Source: a phage. From it: DNA of 50,731 bases. A model generated the notes under the pieces. That model saw only the letters and a program-made list of their open reading frames with translations, had not been told where the DNA came from and did no database searches. Of this stretch, positions 28,227-37,267 are shown in pieces (the stretch's first letter is position 1; each line of letters starts with the position of its first letter). A program made the position numbers and the translations under genes. The DNA lies in sequence record PZ445412.1; one strand, 5' to 3'.

Positions 28227-30200
28227 ATGATTCCTAACATTGAAAAGCAGATTGCAGATCTTGGAGAGGAAAGAATTAAGGCAATCCAGAAGCGTTTCAC
28301 GGTTGGTGAGATTGTCCCGTATGAATACCAATGCGTTGCTTACGCTGAAATTGCAAAGCGCTTGAGCAAGTATGTCGATCCGTTTTTCGTTAAAGCGGCG
28401 GTATCGGCAGGTAAAACAATAATCTTTGCTATGGTTGCGGCTCAGTGTCGGAAAATGGGATTGAAAGCGTTATTTCTGGCGCGTCAATCTGAAATCGTGG
28501 ATCAGGATTCAAAAGAGATTAGCGCCTTTGGTGTTCCGAATTCCGTTTATTGCGCTGGCCTGAATACCAAAAGCGCTTATTTCCCGATTGTTGTCGGATC
28601 GGAAGGTACTGTAATTGGTGGATTGAATAAAGCGTTAGGTGATTACGTCCCACAGGTTTTAGGTATAGATGAATGTCATCAAGTCAACTGGAATGATATT
28701 GTTGAAGCCGAGGAAAACGGCGAAAGCATAGAGCAAATGATGACGCCGAAAGGTGAACCAGTTGAAGGGCATCCATTGCTGATTGGTTCAGGACGCGCAC
28801 AATACACCATTATCATTGCAGAAATGCGCCGCCGTTGTCTTGAGACTTACGGTCATCAGTTGCGCATATTTGGAATGACCGGATCGGAATATCGCGGAAT
28901 TGAGCCGATACTTGTCGAAGATAAAAGAATTCCTGGGTTTTGGCGTGAGCAGATCACAAACATTGATACTGATTACCTGGTAAAATTTGGTTCAGTTGTT
29001 CCCACATATTTTGGCAATGTTGGTGATTTGGGTTACGACTTATCAGAATTTACGCCAGTGCATGAATTTGGCGTTGCTGATTATGACCAGAAGCAATTAA
29101 AGGCCATGAGTGACAAGATTCACCAATCAGTAACCATGACGCAGAAAATAATGCAGATGGTTCATGAGGTAATGAAAAACCGCTTATGTGCTCTTGTTAC
29201 TTGCGCTGACGAAAGGCACTGCAAAGAGGCGGCGGCGGCGCTTCCGTCTGGCACGAAATATCACATTATTACCGGAAAAACTGGAGAGAAACAGCGGCGC
29301 TTATGGCTTGAGGATGCCTATGAAGGGCGCGTGAAATACATCTTCCAGGTTCAGGCGCTAACAACTGGCGTTAACGTTCCGCCGTGGGATACTTCTGTGA
29401 TTTTGCGTAAGATCGGAAGCCTGACGCTATTAACTCAGCTTTTGGGGCGTGGTATGCGTCAATTAAAAACTTACCATAAAGAAGTATTGGGAATGCACAA
29501 AACGGATCACCTTGTTTTGGATTTTTCCGGCACGATGTTTGAAATGGGTAATTTGTATTTCGATCCTATGTTAGAGCAAGCGCAATTCCAGTTGCGTAAA
29601 TCACAGGATAAAGATCCGAAATATTGCCCGATTTGCGGCACAGAAAATTCATTCTATGCTCGCCGTTGCATTAATGAGGATGAAAACGGAAATCGTTGTG
29701 AACATTTCTGGACGTTCCAGGAGTGTGAGGATCAGATTGATGACCGCACAAAGAAAGTTATTGTAAAAGGTTGCGGCGCAAAAAATGACGTTGCTGCGCG
29801 TGTATGCCGTTGCTGTAATGTTCAGTTACGCGATCCAAATGATAACTTGTCCGGCAAGATGTACCGTAAAAACGATTGGTGCGACGTGTTAGATTTTAAT
29901 GTGACGCTGACAAAAAACCAGGCTGGCGTAATATTCTGCTACACGTTGCGTGATAGTGGCGGCGTAGAATTCAGGGCATACGAAAAATATTTCCCTGAAT
30001 CAGAACACAAGATATGCAAAACGCTTTGGACAAAGGCGGTTAGAACTCACGTTATAGATCGCCAGGCCGCAAACTTTATGATCACTTGCCGCAATGCAAT
30101 TAAGATCATGAGTTATGCGGGGCAAATATTGCCGCCAAAACGTGTTACCCATCGCAAGAACACAAAGAAAGAAGATTTGATCGCACAGAAGGAGTTTTAA
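28227..30200 (+). CDS. superfamily-2 ATP-dependent helicase with C-terminal zinc ribbons
   Basis: Walker A AVSAGKT, DExH box GIDECHQ, C-terminal CPICG...C..C and CG...CRCC pairs. Confidence 0.7.
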   Translation: MIPNIEKQIADLGEERIKAIQKRFTVGEIVPYEYQCVAYAEIAKRLSKYVDPFFVKAAVSAGKTIIFAMVAAQCRKMGLKALFLARQSEIVDQDSKEISAFGVPNSVYCAGLNTKSAYFPIVVGSEGTVIGGLNKALGDYVPQVLGIDECHQVNWNDIVEAEENGESIEQMMTPKGEPVEGHPLLIGSGRAQYTIIIAEMRRRCLETYGHQLRIFGMTGSEYRGIEPILVEDKRIPGFWREQITNIDTDYLVKFGSVVPTYFGNVGDLGYDLSEFTPVHEFGVADYDQKQLKAMSDKIHQSVTMTQKIMQMVHEVMKNRLCALVTCADERHCKEAAAALPSGTKYHIITGKTGEKQRRLWLEDAYEGRVKYIFQVQALTTGVNVPPWDTSVILRKIGSLTLLTQLLGRGMRQLKTYHKEVLGMHKTDHLVLDFSGTMFEMGNLYFDPMLEQAQFQLRKSQDKDPKYCPICGTENSFYARRCINEDENGNRCEHFWTFQECEDQIDDRTKKVIVKGCGAKNDVAARVCRCCNVQLRDPNDNLSGKMYRKNDWCDVLDFNVTLTKNQAGVIFCYTLRDSGGVEFRAYEKYFPESEHKICKTLWTKAVRTHVIDRQAANFMITCRNAIKIMSYAGQILPPKRVTHRKNTKKEDLIAQKEF

Positions 30201-30202
30201 AG

Positions 30203-30610
30203 ATGGTTAATGATAAAGGAGATTATCTGGAGTATTACGACAAATCAGATCCAGATACAAGAAAAGAAGAATCTCACCAGGTTGATTCTTACTCATGGCT
30301 TATATACGAATTCCCCATGTGGCTTGTTTGGCACACTAAAAACGAAGGGAAGAAAACCATTGGCACAGCAGTAAAAGATCAGCAAGCAGGTGTGAAAAAG
30401 GGAGTAAGCGACATTCTAATCCTGACTGGTTTTATTGGCTGCAAATATTCATTCATTGCCATTGAGCTTAAAAAAGCCAACAAGAAAGGCACAAAAGTAA
30501 GCAAGGAACAAAAGGAATTCTTACGTCGCGTTAGGGAATGCGGAGGATTTGCCGCCGTATGCTATGGTGTAGAGCAAGTAAAATTGGCTATCGCAGACGC
30601 TACAAAATAG
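30203..30610 (+). CDS. VRR-NUC domain nuclease
   Basis: GVSDILIL...IAIELKK pattern consistent with the VRR-NUC D...E.K core; follows helicase. Confidence 0.5.
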   Translation: MVNDKGDYLEYYDKSDPDTRKEESHQVDSYSWLIYEFPMWLVWHTKNEGKKTIGTAVKDQQAGVKKGVSDILILTGFIGCKYSFIAIELKKANKKGTKVSKEQKEFLRRVRECGGFAAVCYGVEQVKLAIADATK

Positions 30611-30626
30611 CACTTTTTGTTAAAAC
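30605..30626 (+). promoter_or_regulatory. conserved 22-bp box plus hairpin element
   Basis: AAATAGCACTTTTTGTTAAAAC; hairpin GGCGCA-acggaa-TGCGCC; CATAATGCAC; AGAACGAAACGGAG. Confidence 0.6.
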
Positions 30627-30681
30627 AGGCGCAACGGAATGCGCCATAATGCACCCATCAGAACGAAACGGAGAATTAACC

Positions 30682-30960
30682 ATGAAAAAGATGTTATCAG
30701 TAGTTGCTTTATCACTTGCCCTTGTCGGTTGCATGGATAAACCCAAAACATATATTTGCGGAAATGAAGCGTTTGAGGTTACAAGCGACTATATGAAAGT
30801 TGTGCAAGGCAAAAGCACAGGCGTTGTAATGGATAATATCAGCAAAAATCAATATAAGTTGTTTACGCCAATTGGAACGGCTTATTACACTGTTAACGAT
30901 AGCACCATTGATATTAAAGTTGGCGTTTATCAGCACACTCTAACTTGCGAGGTAAAATAA
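30682..30960 (+). CDS. lipoprotein (candidate Cor-like superinfection exclusion protein)
   Basis: Signal peptide with lipobox LALVGC; start MKKML at 30682 after box/hairpin element. Confidence 0.55.
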   Translation: MKKMLSVVALSLALVGCMDKPKTYICGNEAFEVTSDYMKVVQGKSTGVVMDNISKNQYKLFTPIGTAYYTVNDSTIDIKVGVYQHTLTCEVK

Positions 30961-30961
30961 A

Positions 30962-31699
30962 ATGGCTAAGGATTTTCAGGACAAAGCAACCATTGATACT
31001 TTTGAGCCGGAAATGGATTTTCATGAATTGCAACACGGCAGATATTCAGATATTGCGTTGCGTTCAGGTGGTCATTATCAGCCAGTTAGAGAAAACCCAA
31101 TGTTCAAGGTTAGCGGCAACCGTTACGCCGGAAGTAAGACACCTGATGTTGTGCGTGATTTGTGGGAAACGCCAGATGAAATTGTAGAATATTTGGCTGA
31201 ACGTTACGGCAAATACGATCTTGATGCAGCCGCAAGCGAAAACAACAAGAAATGCGATAAGTTTTACAGCAAGGAAACAAACTGCTTAAAACGTTGGTGG
31301 GGTAGCAATAAGCATGTTTGGCTCAATCCACCATACAGCAATCCAGATCCGTTTGTGTTAAAAGCAATTGAGCAGATGGAACACGGAAACCAGATTGATA
31401 TTTTACTTCCGGCTGACAACTCAACAGCATGGTTTAGCGATGCACAAAAACACGCGGCTGAAATTATCTGGATCACTGGCGAAACATGGGAAGAAGAAGG
31501 AAAACAATATTCCCGCACTGGTCGAGTATCGTTTATTTCTGGAATGACAGGTGAACCAGTTAGCGGAAACAATAAAGGAAGCGTGATTTTTATCATGCGA
31601 CAACTGAAAGAAGGTGAGCAACAACAAACTCATTATGTGCCAATTAGTGAAATTTGCCCTTCTGTTGAGAACAAACGCACAAAAGCGCGGAGTATTTAA
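30962..31699 (+). CDS. dam: DNA N6-adenine methyltransferase (phage Dam type)
   Basis: Catalytic NPPY motif (WLNPPYSNPDP) and upstream DLDAAAS motif. Confidence 0.75.
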   Translation: MAKDFQDKATIDTFEPEMDFHELQHGRYSDIALRSGGHYQPVRENPMFKVSGNRYAGSKTPDVVRDLWETPDEIVEYLAERYGKYDLDAAASENNKKCDKFYSKETNCLKRWWGSNKHVWLNPPYSNPDPFVLKAIEQMEHGNQIDILLPADNSTAWFSDAQKHAAEIIWITGETWEEEGKQYSRTGRVSFISGMTGEPVSGNNKGSVIFIMRQLKEGEQQQTHYVPISEICPSVENKRTKARSI

Positions 31700-31701
31700 A
31701 G

Positions 31702-31968
31702 ATGGAAAAGATTGAAACTATTGTTGAAAATGGCGTTGAATATCGACGCGTTGAATTAACTGAACGTGGTTTATGGTTGCTTTATCGCGCTATGGTTTGC
31801 GAAGCTATAGAGAAAGCGAAAGAAACTGAAACAGTAGGATCTGATTTGTGGATGTTCACAGGTGCGCTTGATATGAGCTTTGATGAAACAAAAGAGCTTG
31901 TATTGAGCAAGTGGGAAGAAAAGATAAATCAAGATCTCAAAGAATTTTTAGCAGATCCGAATAAATAG
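31702..31968 (+). CDS. hypothetical acidic protein
   Basis: 88 aa, Glu/Asp-rich; stop codon embedded in box element. Confidence 0.4.
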   Translation: MEKIETIVENGVEYRRVELTERGLWLLYRAMVCEAIEKAKETETVGSDLWMFTGALDMSFDETKELVLSKWEEKINQDLKEFLADPNK

Positions 31969-31985
31969 CACTTTTTGTTAAAAAT
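31963..31985 (+). promoter_or_regulatory. conserved 22-bp box plus hairpin element
   Basis: Box then hairpin TGCCCC-gcgaaagt-GGGGCA, ATAATCA, TCAACGAAAC. Confidence 0.6.
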
Positions 31986-32038
31986 GCCCCGCGAAAGTGG
32001 GGCATAATCATTTCAACGAAACACGATAGGGCTTTAAG

Positions 32039-32203
32039 ATGGAAATCAAAAACATTGAATACTTCAAAGATGCGCAATGGCTGGCAAGAGAGGCAATTTT
32101 CTTGCGTGATCGAAAAAATCCTATTGTTGTGTCACAGATACTTTGGAATGACGCTATGAAACTTCTTAAAAAGGCTTACGGTCATGAAAATAATGAGGGG
32201 TAA
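32039..32203 (+). CDS. hypothetical small protein
   Basis: 54-aa ORF after box/hairpin/TCAACGAAAC leader; not in the 60-aa ORF track. Confidence 0.35.
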   Translation: MEIKNIEYFKDAQWLAREAIFLRDRKNPIVVSQILWNDAMKLLKKAYGHENNEG

Positions 32204-32426
32204 AAAAGAAACATGGGATTTAGCTAAAAAAGGCGGTCTTGATGAAGGGATCGCAAAAATAGCGCAATATTTCGATATTAAAGACGTGTGCGTTATTGTC
32301 GGTGATGAAATGGCATATGTGGATGAAAAGCCGCGCAAGGTTCATCGCGTTCCGGCAATTCCGACAACAATTGACTATAAAGAAGTGATCAACAAAACCA
32401 AAGAGCAAAGGAAATATTACAAGTGA
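32184..32426 (+). CDS. hypothetical protein
   Basis: 80-aa ORF overlapping upstream gene end. Confidence 0.35.
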   Translation: MKIMRGKKETWDLAKKGGLDEGIAKIAQYFDIKDVCVIVGDEMAYVDEKPRKVHRVPAIPTTIDYKEVINKTKEQRKYYK

Positions 32427-32519
32427 AAACAATTAAATTCATGTTTGCTGTTGCCTTGCCGCCAATGCTGGCATGGTTTATGATGTATGCCGTTGTTATG
32501 AAATAAGAGGATTTGTGAA

Positions 32520-33635
32520 ATGAGTGCGGCAAAAATTACGGACGAACAACTTATTGCAGAAAGGGCGGCAGGTTTAAAACTGCGTGAGATTGCGGAAAAA
32601 TACGGAATGAGCTTGCGCCAGGTTGAGCACCGACACAGCAAATTGGCTAAACGTGGGGAAATATCAACAATCGGATCGCCTGGCTTTGCTGTAATTGGTG
32701 AATCACAGCTTAAACGTGCAAATGGTGAGGTTGTAATGACCTGGACTAAAACGCACAAAGACAAAGCACAATTAGAGGCAATCATGCAAGCGGCTATGGC
32801 TGCATTTTCGGAAGAAGTGCCGCGCGTCGAACCGCAACCGGAAAAGATTGTTGACTACTCGCAAACGCTGGCGTTATATCCGATCTTTGATATCCATATT
32901 GGCGCAATGGCTCATAAGCATGAAAGCGGTGAGAATTACGACACGGCAACGGCGGAAAACGTCATGAATGAGTTTTTCGATTATGCAGTTGATAAAGCGC
33001 CGAATAGCGAAAAGGCTGTATTGCTGATTGGTGGTGATATGATTCACAGTGACGGTCTGGAGGCTGTAACACCTGCAAGCGGTCACGTTTTGGATCAAGA
33101 TAGCCGTTACGCAAAACTTGTTTATGTTGCTATCCGCGCCACGCGTCGAGCAGTAAGCAGAATGCTGGAAAAACATAAAGAGGTTGAATTGCAGATCATT
33201 GAAGGTAATCACGACCAATCAGGAATGATCTGGCTACGTGCTGCAATGGCGGCGGCGTATGAGAATGAGCCACGCGTAAAGGTTGATGTTTCTCCGCGTG
33301 TCGTGCATCACACTCAATATGGTAAAACATTCCTGGCTTATCATCATGGTCACACTGTACGCAAACCAGAAACGCTTTTAATGATGTGTGCAGCGGATTG
33401 GCGGGAAGATTTCGGAAACTCCAATTCAATGTATGCTCATGTAGGGCATTGGCATCATCAGACCGTCACAGAAACTAGCCTGGGCATTGTTGAGGTTCAT
33501 AGCACTATGGCGGCTAAAGATGCTTATGCGGCGCGTGGAGGTTGGCGTTCACGCCGTCGAGCGGCGGTAATTATCTATGATAAGGAATATGGCGAGATAG
33601 GGCGCTTCATGTTCTACCCTGAAATGATTGCATAA
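32520..33635 (+). CDS. metallophosphoesterase with N-terminal HTH-like domain
   Basis: Calcineurin-like motifs GDMIHSD, EGNHDQ, HHGH, GHWHH; N-terminal LKLREIAEKYGMSLRQV HTH-like. Confidence 0.55.
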   Translation: MSAAKITDEQLIAERAAGLKLREIAEKYGMSLRQVEHRHSKLAKRGEISTIGSPGFAVIGESQLKRANGEVVMTWTKTHKDKAQLEAIMQAAMAAFSEEVPRVEPQPEKIVDYSQTLALYPIFDIHIGAMAHKHESGENYDTATAENVMNEFFDYAVDKAPNSEKAVLLIGGDMIHSDGLEAVTPASGHVLDQDSRYAKLVYVAIRATRRAVSRMLEKHKEVELQIIEGNHDQSGMIWLRAAMAAAYENEPRVKVDVSPRVVHHTQYGKTFLAYHHGHTVRKPETLLMMCAADWREDFGNSNSMYAHVGHWHHQTVTETSLGIVEVHSTMAAKDAYAARGGWRSRRRAAVIIYDKEYGEIGRFMFYPEMIA

Positions 33636-33746
33636 TTAAATTATCACCTAAAAAGGCTGGCTAAATGCTGGCCTTTTTTTGTTTTTGTCGTTAACATAAT
33701 CAGACTATTTTTGATATTGACTTTTTAATTTTTAAAGGATCTGGTT

Positions 33747-33962
33747 ATGCGTGAATTTATTAACTTTGCAACTTATTCAAGCGGTGGCGCTACCTTCTCA
33801 GGCGCTGCAAGTGGTCAATTACTGTTGGCGGCTCTAACATTCATATTCTTTGTTATTTTCGGCGCTATTGGCTTGTGGTTAAGGTGGCGTGACAGCAAGG
33901 CGATCCGAGAAGCGTTAGAGTGTGGAGATCTTAAAACCGCTCTTAAAATTAACCAAAAATAG
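33747..33962 (+). CDS. holin (possible pinholin)
   Basis: 71 aa, hydrophobic TM segment LLLAALTFIFFVIFGAIGLWL, charged C-terminus; directly upstream of endolysin. Confidence 0.55.
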   Translation: MREFINFATYSSGGATFSGAASGQLLLAALTFIFFVIFGAIGLWLRWRDSKAIREALECGDLKTALKINQK

Positions 33963-33974
33963 GGAGTGAATTTA

Positions 33975-34469
33975 ATGGCTATTAAAAAGACAATAGCCGC
34001 TACCATAACGGGCGCGGCTCTAATGATGGCATCGCCCTTGATTGAAGAAATTGAGGGCGTGAGGTATAAGCCTTACAAGGATATTGCAGGAATCTGGACT
34101 GTATGCCACGGCATCACCGGAAAGGATGTGATATTAGGAAAGGAATATACCAGGCGAGAATGTGACGCGCTACTTGCAAAGCATATGAAAGTTGCGGCTG
34201 ACGCTGTTGATAAAGCGGTTAAGGTTGATATTCCTATTTCTATGCGAGCGGCCTTGTACTCATTCACATTCAACGCCGGAACGGGGGCATTCAGGAAATC
34301 AACCATGTTGAAGAAGATCAACAATGGTGATCTGTATGGTGGTTGTGGCGAGCTTTGGAACTGGACATATTACCGGAACCCGAAAACGGGCAAAAAGGAA
34401 AAATCAAAGGGATTGAAGAATCGCCGCGCTGTTGAATATAAATATTGTGTAATGGATCTGAATAAATGA
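33975..34469 (+). CDS. endolysin, lysozyme type with putative SAR N-terminus
   Basis: [23 protein letters not shown] closely matches the catalytic region of P21-type SAR lysozymes; Gly/Ala-rich weak TM at N-terminus. Confidence 0.75.
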   Translation: MAIKKTIAATITGAALMMASPLIEEIEGVRYKPYKDIAGIWTVCHGITGKDVILGKEYTRRECDALLAKHMKVAADAVDKAVKVDIPISMRAALYSFTFNAGTGAFRKSTMLKKINNGDLYGGCGELWNWTYYRNPKTGKKEKSKGLKNRRAVEYKYCVMDLNK

Positions 34470-34855
34470 AAAGAAAATTACTGGCTATTATGATGTGCAT
34501 TGCTCTTTCTGGTTGTTCAGCTTCAAGCGTGTTACCTGGTCTGATTGGTAGCAAGCCTGATATAACGGCACAGGCTGGAGCGGAGAATGTGAAACAGACT
34601 GTTGGTGTAACCGCAAAGCAGGATACATCAAGCAAGCAGAAAACCACATTCAAAGAATCGGCAGTTGGCGAGGTTGACACGTCTAATAAAAAGCAGGTGA
34701 GCACTTCAAGCATTAAGGCAGAAAACATCACAGCGGAAAGAATAGAGATCCGCAATAATGATGGTCTTAATGTTCCGGCAATCGCAATGGGTATATTGAT
34801 GTTTATTGCGGGTATGTTGGCGGGTTGGTCACTGAAACGAAATAAGGCGGCATAA
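34466..34855 (+). CDS. unimolecular spanin (u-spanin)
   Basis: Lipobox LSGC at N-terminus plus C-terminal TM helix; last gene of lysis cassette. Confidence 0.65.
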   Translation: MKRKLLAIMMCIALSGCSASSVLPGLIGSKPDITAQAGAENVKQTVGVTAKQDTSSKQKTTFKESAVGEVDTSNKKQVSTSSIKAENITAERIEIRNNDGLNVPAIAMGILMFIAGMLAGWSLKRNKAA

Positions 34856-34871
34856 GCCGCCTTTATTATTA
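34841..34871. terminator. bidirectional terminator between lysis cassette and leftward operon
   Basis: GGCGGC-ataa-GCCGCC flanked by A-run and T-run. Confidence 0.6.
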
Positions 34872-35093
34872 AAAAATGTTGTTCATTAAGTCTTGGAAAG
34901 TATTTTCGCTATAATCCCTTTCCTCAATAATGTGAGCACCTTTCTTTTTTATGTTCCACAACATTTCTTCATATTCACTTCTGTTGATCCCAAAAGTTCT
35001 ACCATCATCAACAAAAGCAGTACCTTTATCGTTGAATGTATCAAATGTGACGTTAACAACGCGAGTGGTTTTGATAGTATATTTCAGAGTCAT
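34869..35093 (-). CDS. hypothetical protein
   Basis: 74 aa; preceded by box, hairpin and TCGAAACGAAAC leader; last gene of leftward operon. Confidence 0.45.
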   Translation of the reverse strand: MTLKYTIKTTRVVNVTFDTFNDKGTAFVDDGRTFGINRSEYEEMLWNIKKKGAHIIEERDYSENTFQDLMNNIF

Positions 35094-35152
35094 GGTTATT
35101 CCCCTTTGTTCGTTTCGTTTCGATGAAACAAATATACCCGATGCGAGATCGG

Positions 35153-35176
35153 GTTTTTTGACAAAAAGTGCTATTC
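35153..35176 (-). promoter_or_regulatory. conserved box plus hairpin element (minus orientation)
   Basis: Reverse complement GAATAGCACTTTTTGTCAAAAAAC; hairpin CCCGAT-ctcgc-ATCGGG; TATATT; TCGAAACGAAACGAAC. Confidence 0.6.
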
Positions 35177-35368
35177 AAAGCGTCTGACGTGAATCAGCAA
35201 TTCACCATCATTGTTTGTCAGTTGGTGCTCTTGATCCTCAAACGCTCGCATATCTGAATACAGGAGAAGCATTAAGGCATAAACAAAATCATCATGCGGA
35301 ATTTGCATTGCTGAACTTTCTTTCAAAATAAGATCTATCAAATGTTGGCTTGCTGAATAATTCTTCAT
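35171..35368 (-). CDS. hypothetical small protein (start uncertain; may begin at 35308)
   Basis: Stop codon TAG is embedded in box 35153-35176 as for other real genes; overlaps 35292-35684 in another frame. Confidence 0.3.
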   Translation of the reverse strand: MKNYSASQHLIDLILKESSAMQIPHDDFVYALMLLLYSDMRAFEDQEHQLTNNDGELLIHVRRFE

Positions 35369-35684
35369 CGCTCATTTTCTCAATGTTCATCATCTCCCAC
35401 ACATAACGATTGGAATCACCTTCCAGGCTATGCAACTCAAAATTAAACGGCCTTTTCATCTTGTTTTTGCACCAGTACACGCAATGAACGCCGTCAAGAT
35501 ATCCATAACCCATCATTCGCGCTATAAACTCTTTGCTTGAGCTTGATGCGAAATAGCGGGGCGTTACCCCCGCATTTTTGGCGAGCCTTTCACATTCACG
35601 GTGTCGGAATATAAATCTTGCTAACTCTTGGCGGTTGAATTTCTCGCGAGACTCGCAAAAGCGATACAGATCTAATAAGAACAT
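35292..35684 (-). CDS. hypothetical protein
   Basis: 130-aa ORF immediately downstream of the 526-aa gene. Confidence 0.45.
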   Translation of the reverse strand: MFLLDLYRFCESREKFNRQELARFIFRHRECERLAKNAGVTPRYFASSSSKEFIARMMGYGYLDGVHCVYWCKNKMKRPFNFELHSLEGDSNRYVWEMMNIEKMSDEELFSKPTFDRSYFERKFSNANSA

Positions 35685-35686
35685 GA

Positions 35687-37267
35687 TTACCCCATTAACG
35701 CCGGATTGACATAAACAAATTTACCCACGCTGCAAACATAATTCTTTTCTTCAAGCATTGGCAATAATTGTTCCTCAATTCGTTTCATCACGCCTGATTG
35801 ACCTGTAAACGGCTTAACCTTACGAGCACTTTCATAGATCGCTCTTGCATTGGTAACGCCTTTATTTTGACGTGAGATCTTAATGATGATTTCAATTAAC
35901 TTGCTCATTTCGGCATCATCGCCAGCGTGACCGGAAGCATTCGCGGCGTTGATATATGTTTTGCTTAATTCGCTGAACATCACCAAAGCCTCTTGCATTG
36001 TCTCAACTTCAATTTCTCGCGACTTTTGCGGCGTACCGTTTGGATTAAACCAATTGCGGATCGTGTGCAATACTGACGCAATGCGGATCACTTGCTTATC
36101 CATTTTACCCAAAGCACCACGCAACATTGTATGTGAATATTTCCCGCCGTCTGCTAAATCTGGCTCTAATTGCTGTCGAGCAATATTAAGAACACGCATT
36201 GCAGAACGTGACGGCTTCAATACAACATTTTGTTCAGTCATGATGTTATGAATCAACTGAAAATATTGCGCCTTTAATTCTTTATCAACTGGCGTGTAAT
36301 CAAGATCACCATTTTCATCAATAAATACACGCTCGCCTAACATTGTTTTTTCACGTACAAGCAAGAAACGTTCACTAACACCGATACCCCGCGCCCCTGC
36401 ATCCATGATCCCTTTTATCGTTTCATCCTGGGCAATTACGCTCATGCAGCCCAACGCAACAAAACTCATATTGTTTTCAGAGTTTGCGCGAGCTATTGAA
36501 ACGTGTCCGGCGTCCCATGCTTTTAGAACCAATTCGCTGTTAGTCTTGCGATCACTATTAGCGTAAGTCAATCCGAGTAAGCTGTTGATGCTTGTTGCTT
36601 CATCGGAAATGACAGCAAAGTTACCCTGGCGATTGTTGATCTTTGCTAACCCTTCCGGCGTGGTGTCTGATACCGGAAAAACGATATCGCACATTTTTTC
36701 TAACTTTTCCTCTAATTCCTCCTTTTCCTCAAACAACGCCGCTAACTCAGTGCCGGAACGTTCAGCTTTCAATTCCTTTTCAACGCCTTTTAATTTAGCT
36801 GCGATCTTCTTTCGCTCTTTCTTGCGTTGTTCGTTTATTCGCTCAACTTCACAGACCATTGGCGCAATAGCCAGGCTGTTGATTGCTGACTTACCAGTTG
36901 ACGGCGGCTGACTGGTTACAACATAAAGCGCCGTTGGTTGTTCAGTGCCGTGGTACTCAACCTGGAAACGTCCAACCATAGCGGCGGAAACGCAACCAAT
37001 GAAATGCATATAGGCTGATGATTCAGGAAATTGAACAGATTGCGCAATGCTACGTGACAGTTTACCCACAACATCAACATCATTACCCAAAGAGATCACA
37101 GGATAGCGGTCATTAGCGCCGTTGATATCCTTTACAGGTTCCCAAAAGCTGGACGATTGGCGGTAGCCGTTCGACTGAATAGCAACGCGAAGCGGCGATG
37201 TTCCCTGCGATTCTGCAATGGCTATAACTTGTTGAGGTGTCAATTTGTTGGTGTCAAAGTCAAACAT
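35687..37267 (-). CDS. DUF3987-like P-loop protein (primase-associated helicase-like)
   Basis: 526 aa, Walker-A-like TSQPPSTGKSA; family assignment from memory of P4-alpha C-terminal-like proteins. Confidence 0.4.
   Translation of the reverse strand: MFDFDTNKLTPQQVIAIAESQGTSPLRVAIQSNGYRQSSSFWEPVKDINGANDRYPVISLGNDVDVVGKLSRSIAQSVQFPESSAYMHFIGCVSAAMVGRFQVEYHGTEQPTALYVVTSQPPSTGKSAINSLAIAPMVCEVERINEQRKKERKKIAAKLKGVEKELKAERSGTELAALFEEKEELEEKLEKMCDIVFPVSDTTPEGLAKINNRQGNFAVISDEATSINSLLGLTYANSDRKTNSELVLKAWDAGHVSIARANSENNMSFVALGCMSVIAQDETIKGIMDAGARGIGVSERFLLVREKTMLGERVFIDENGDLDYTPVDKELKAQYFQLIHNIMTEQNVVLKPSRSAMRVLNIARQQLEPDLADGGKYSHTMLRGALGKMDKQVIRIASVLHTIRNWFNPNGTPQKSREIEVETMQEALVMFSELSKTYINAANASGHAGDDAEMSKLIEIIIKISRQNKGVTNARAIYESARKVKPFTGQSGVMKRIEEQLLPMLEEKNYVCSVGKFVYVNPALMG

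Noticed and set aside
30538-30960. 140-aa form of the lipoprotein ORF (and similar N-terminal extensions at 37580-38035, 20948-21286, 43432-43740)
   Set aside because: The extensions translate through the conserved box and hairpin and lack an RBS; internal ATGs with good RBS are the likely starts.
33651-33682. Terminator between the phosphoesterase and holin genes
   Set aside because: A-run, GC-rich segment and T-run are present but the stem pairs imperfectly (only about 4 bp clean); retained only as a weak possibility.
36585-36911. 108-aa plus-strand ORF inside the DUF3987-like gene
   Set aside because: Antisense to a long minus-strand ORF with P-loop motif; Ser/Asn low complexity.
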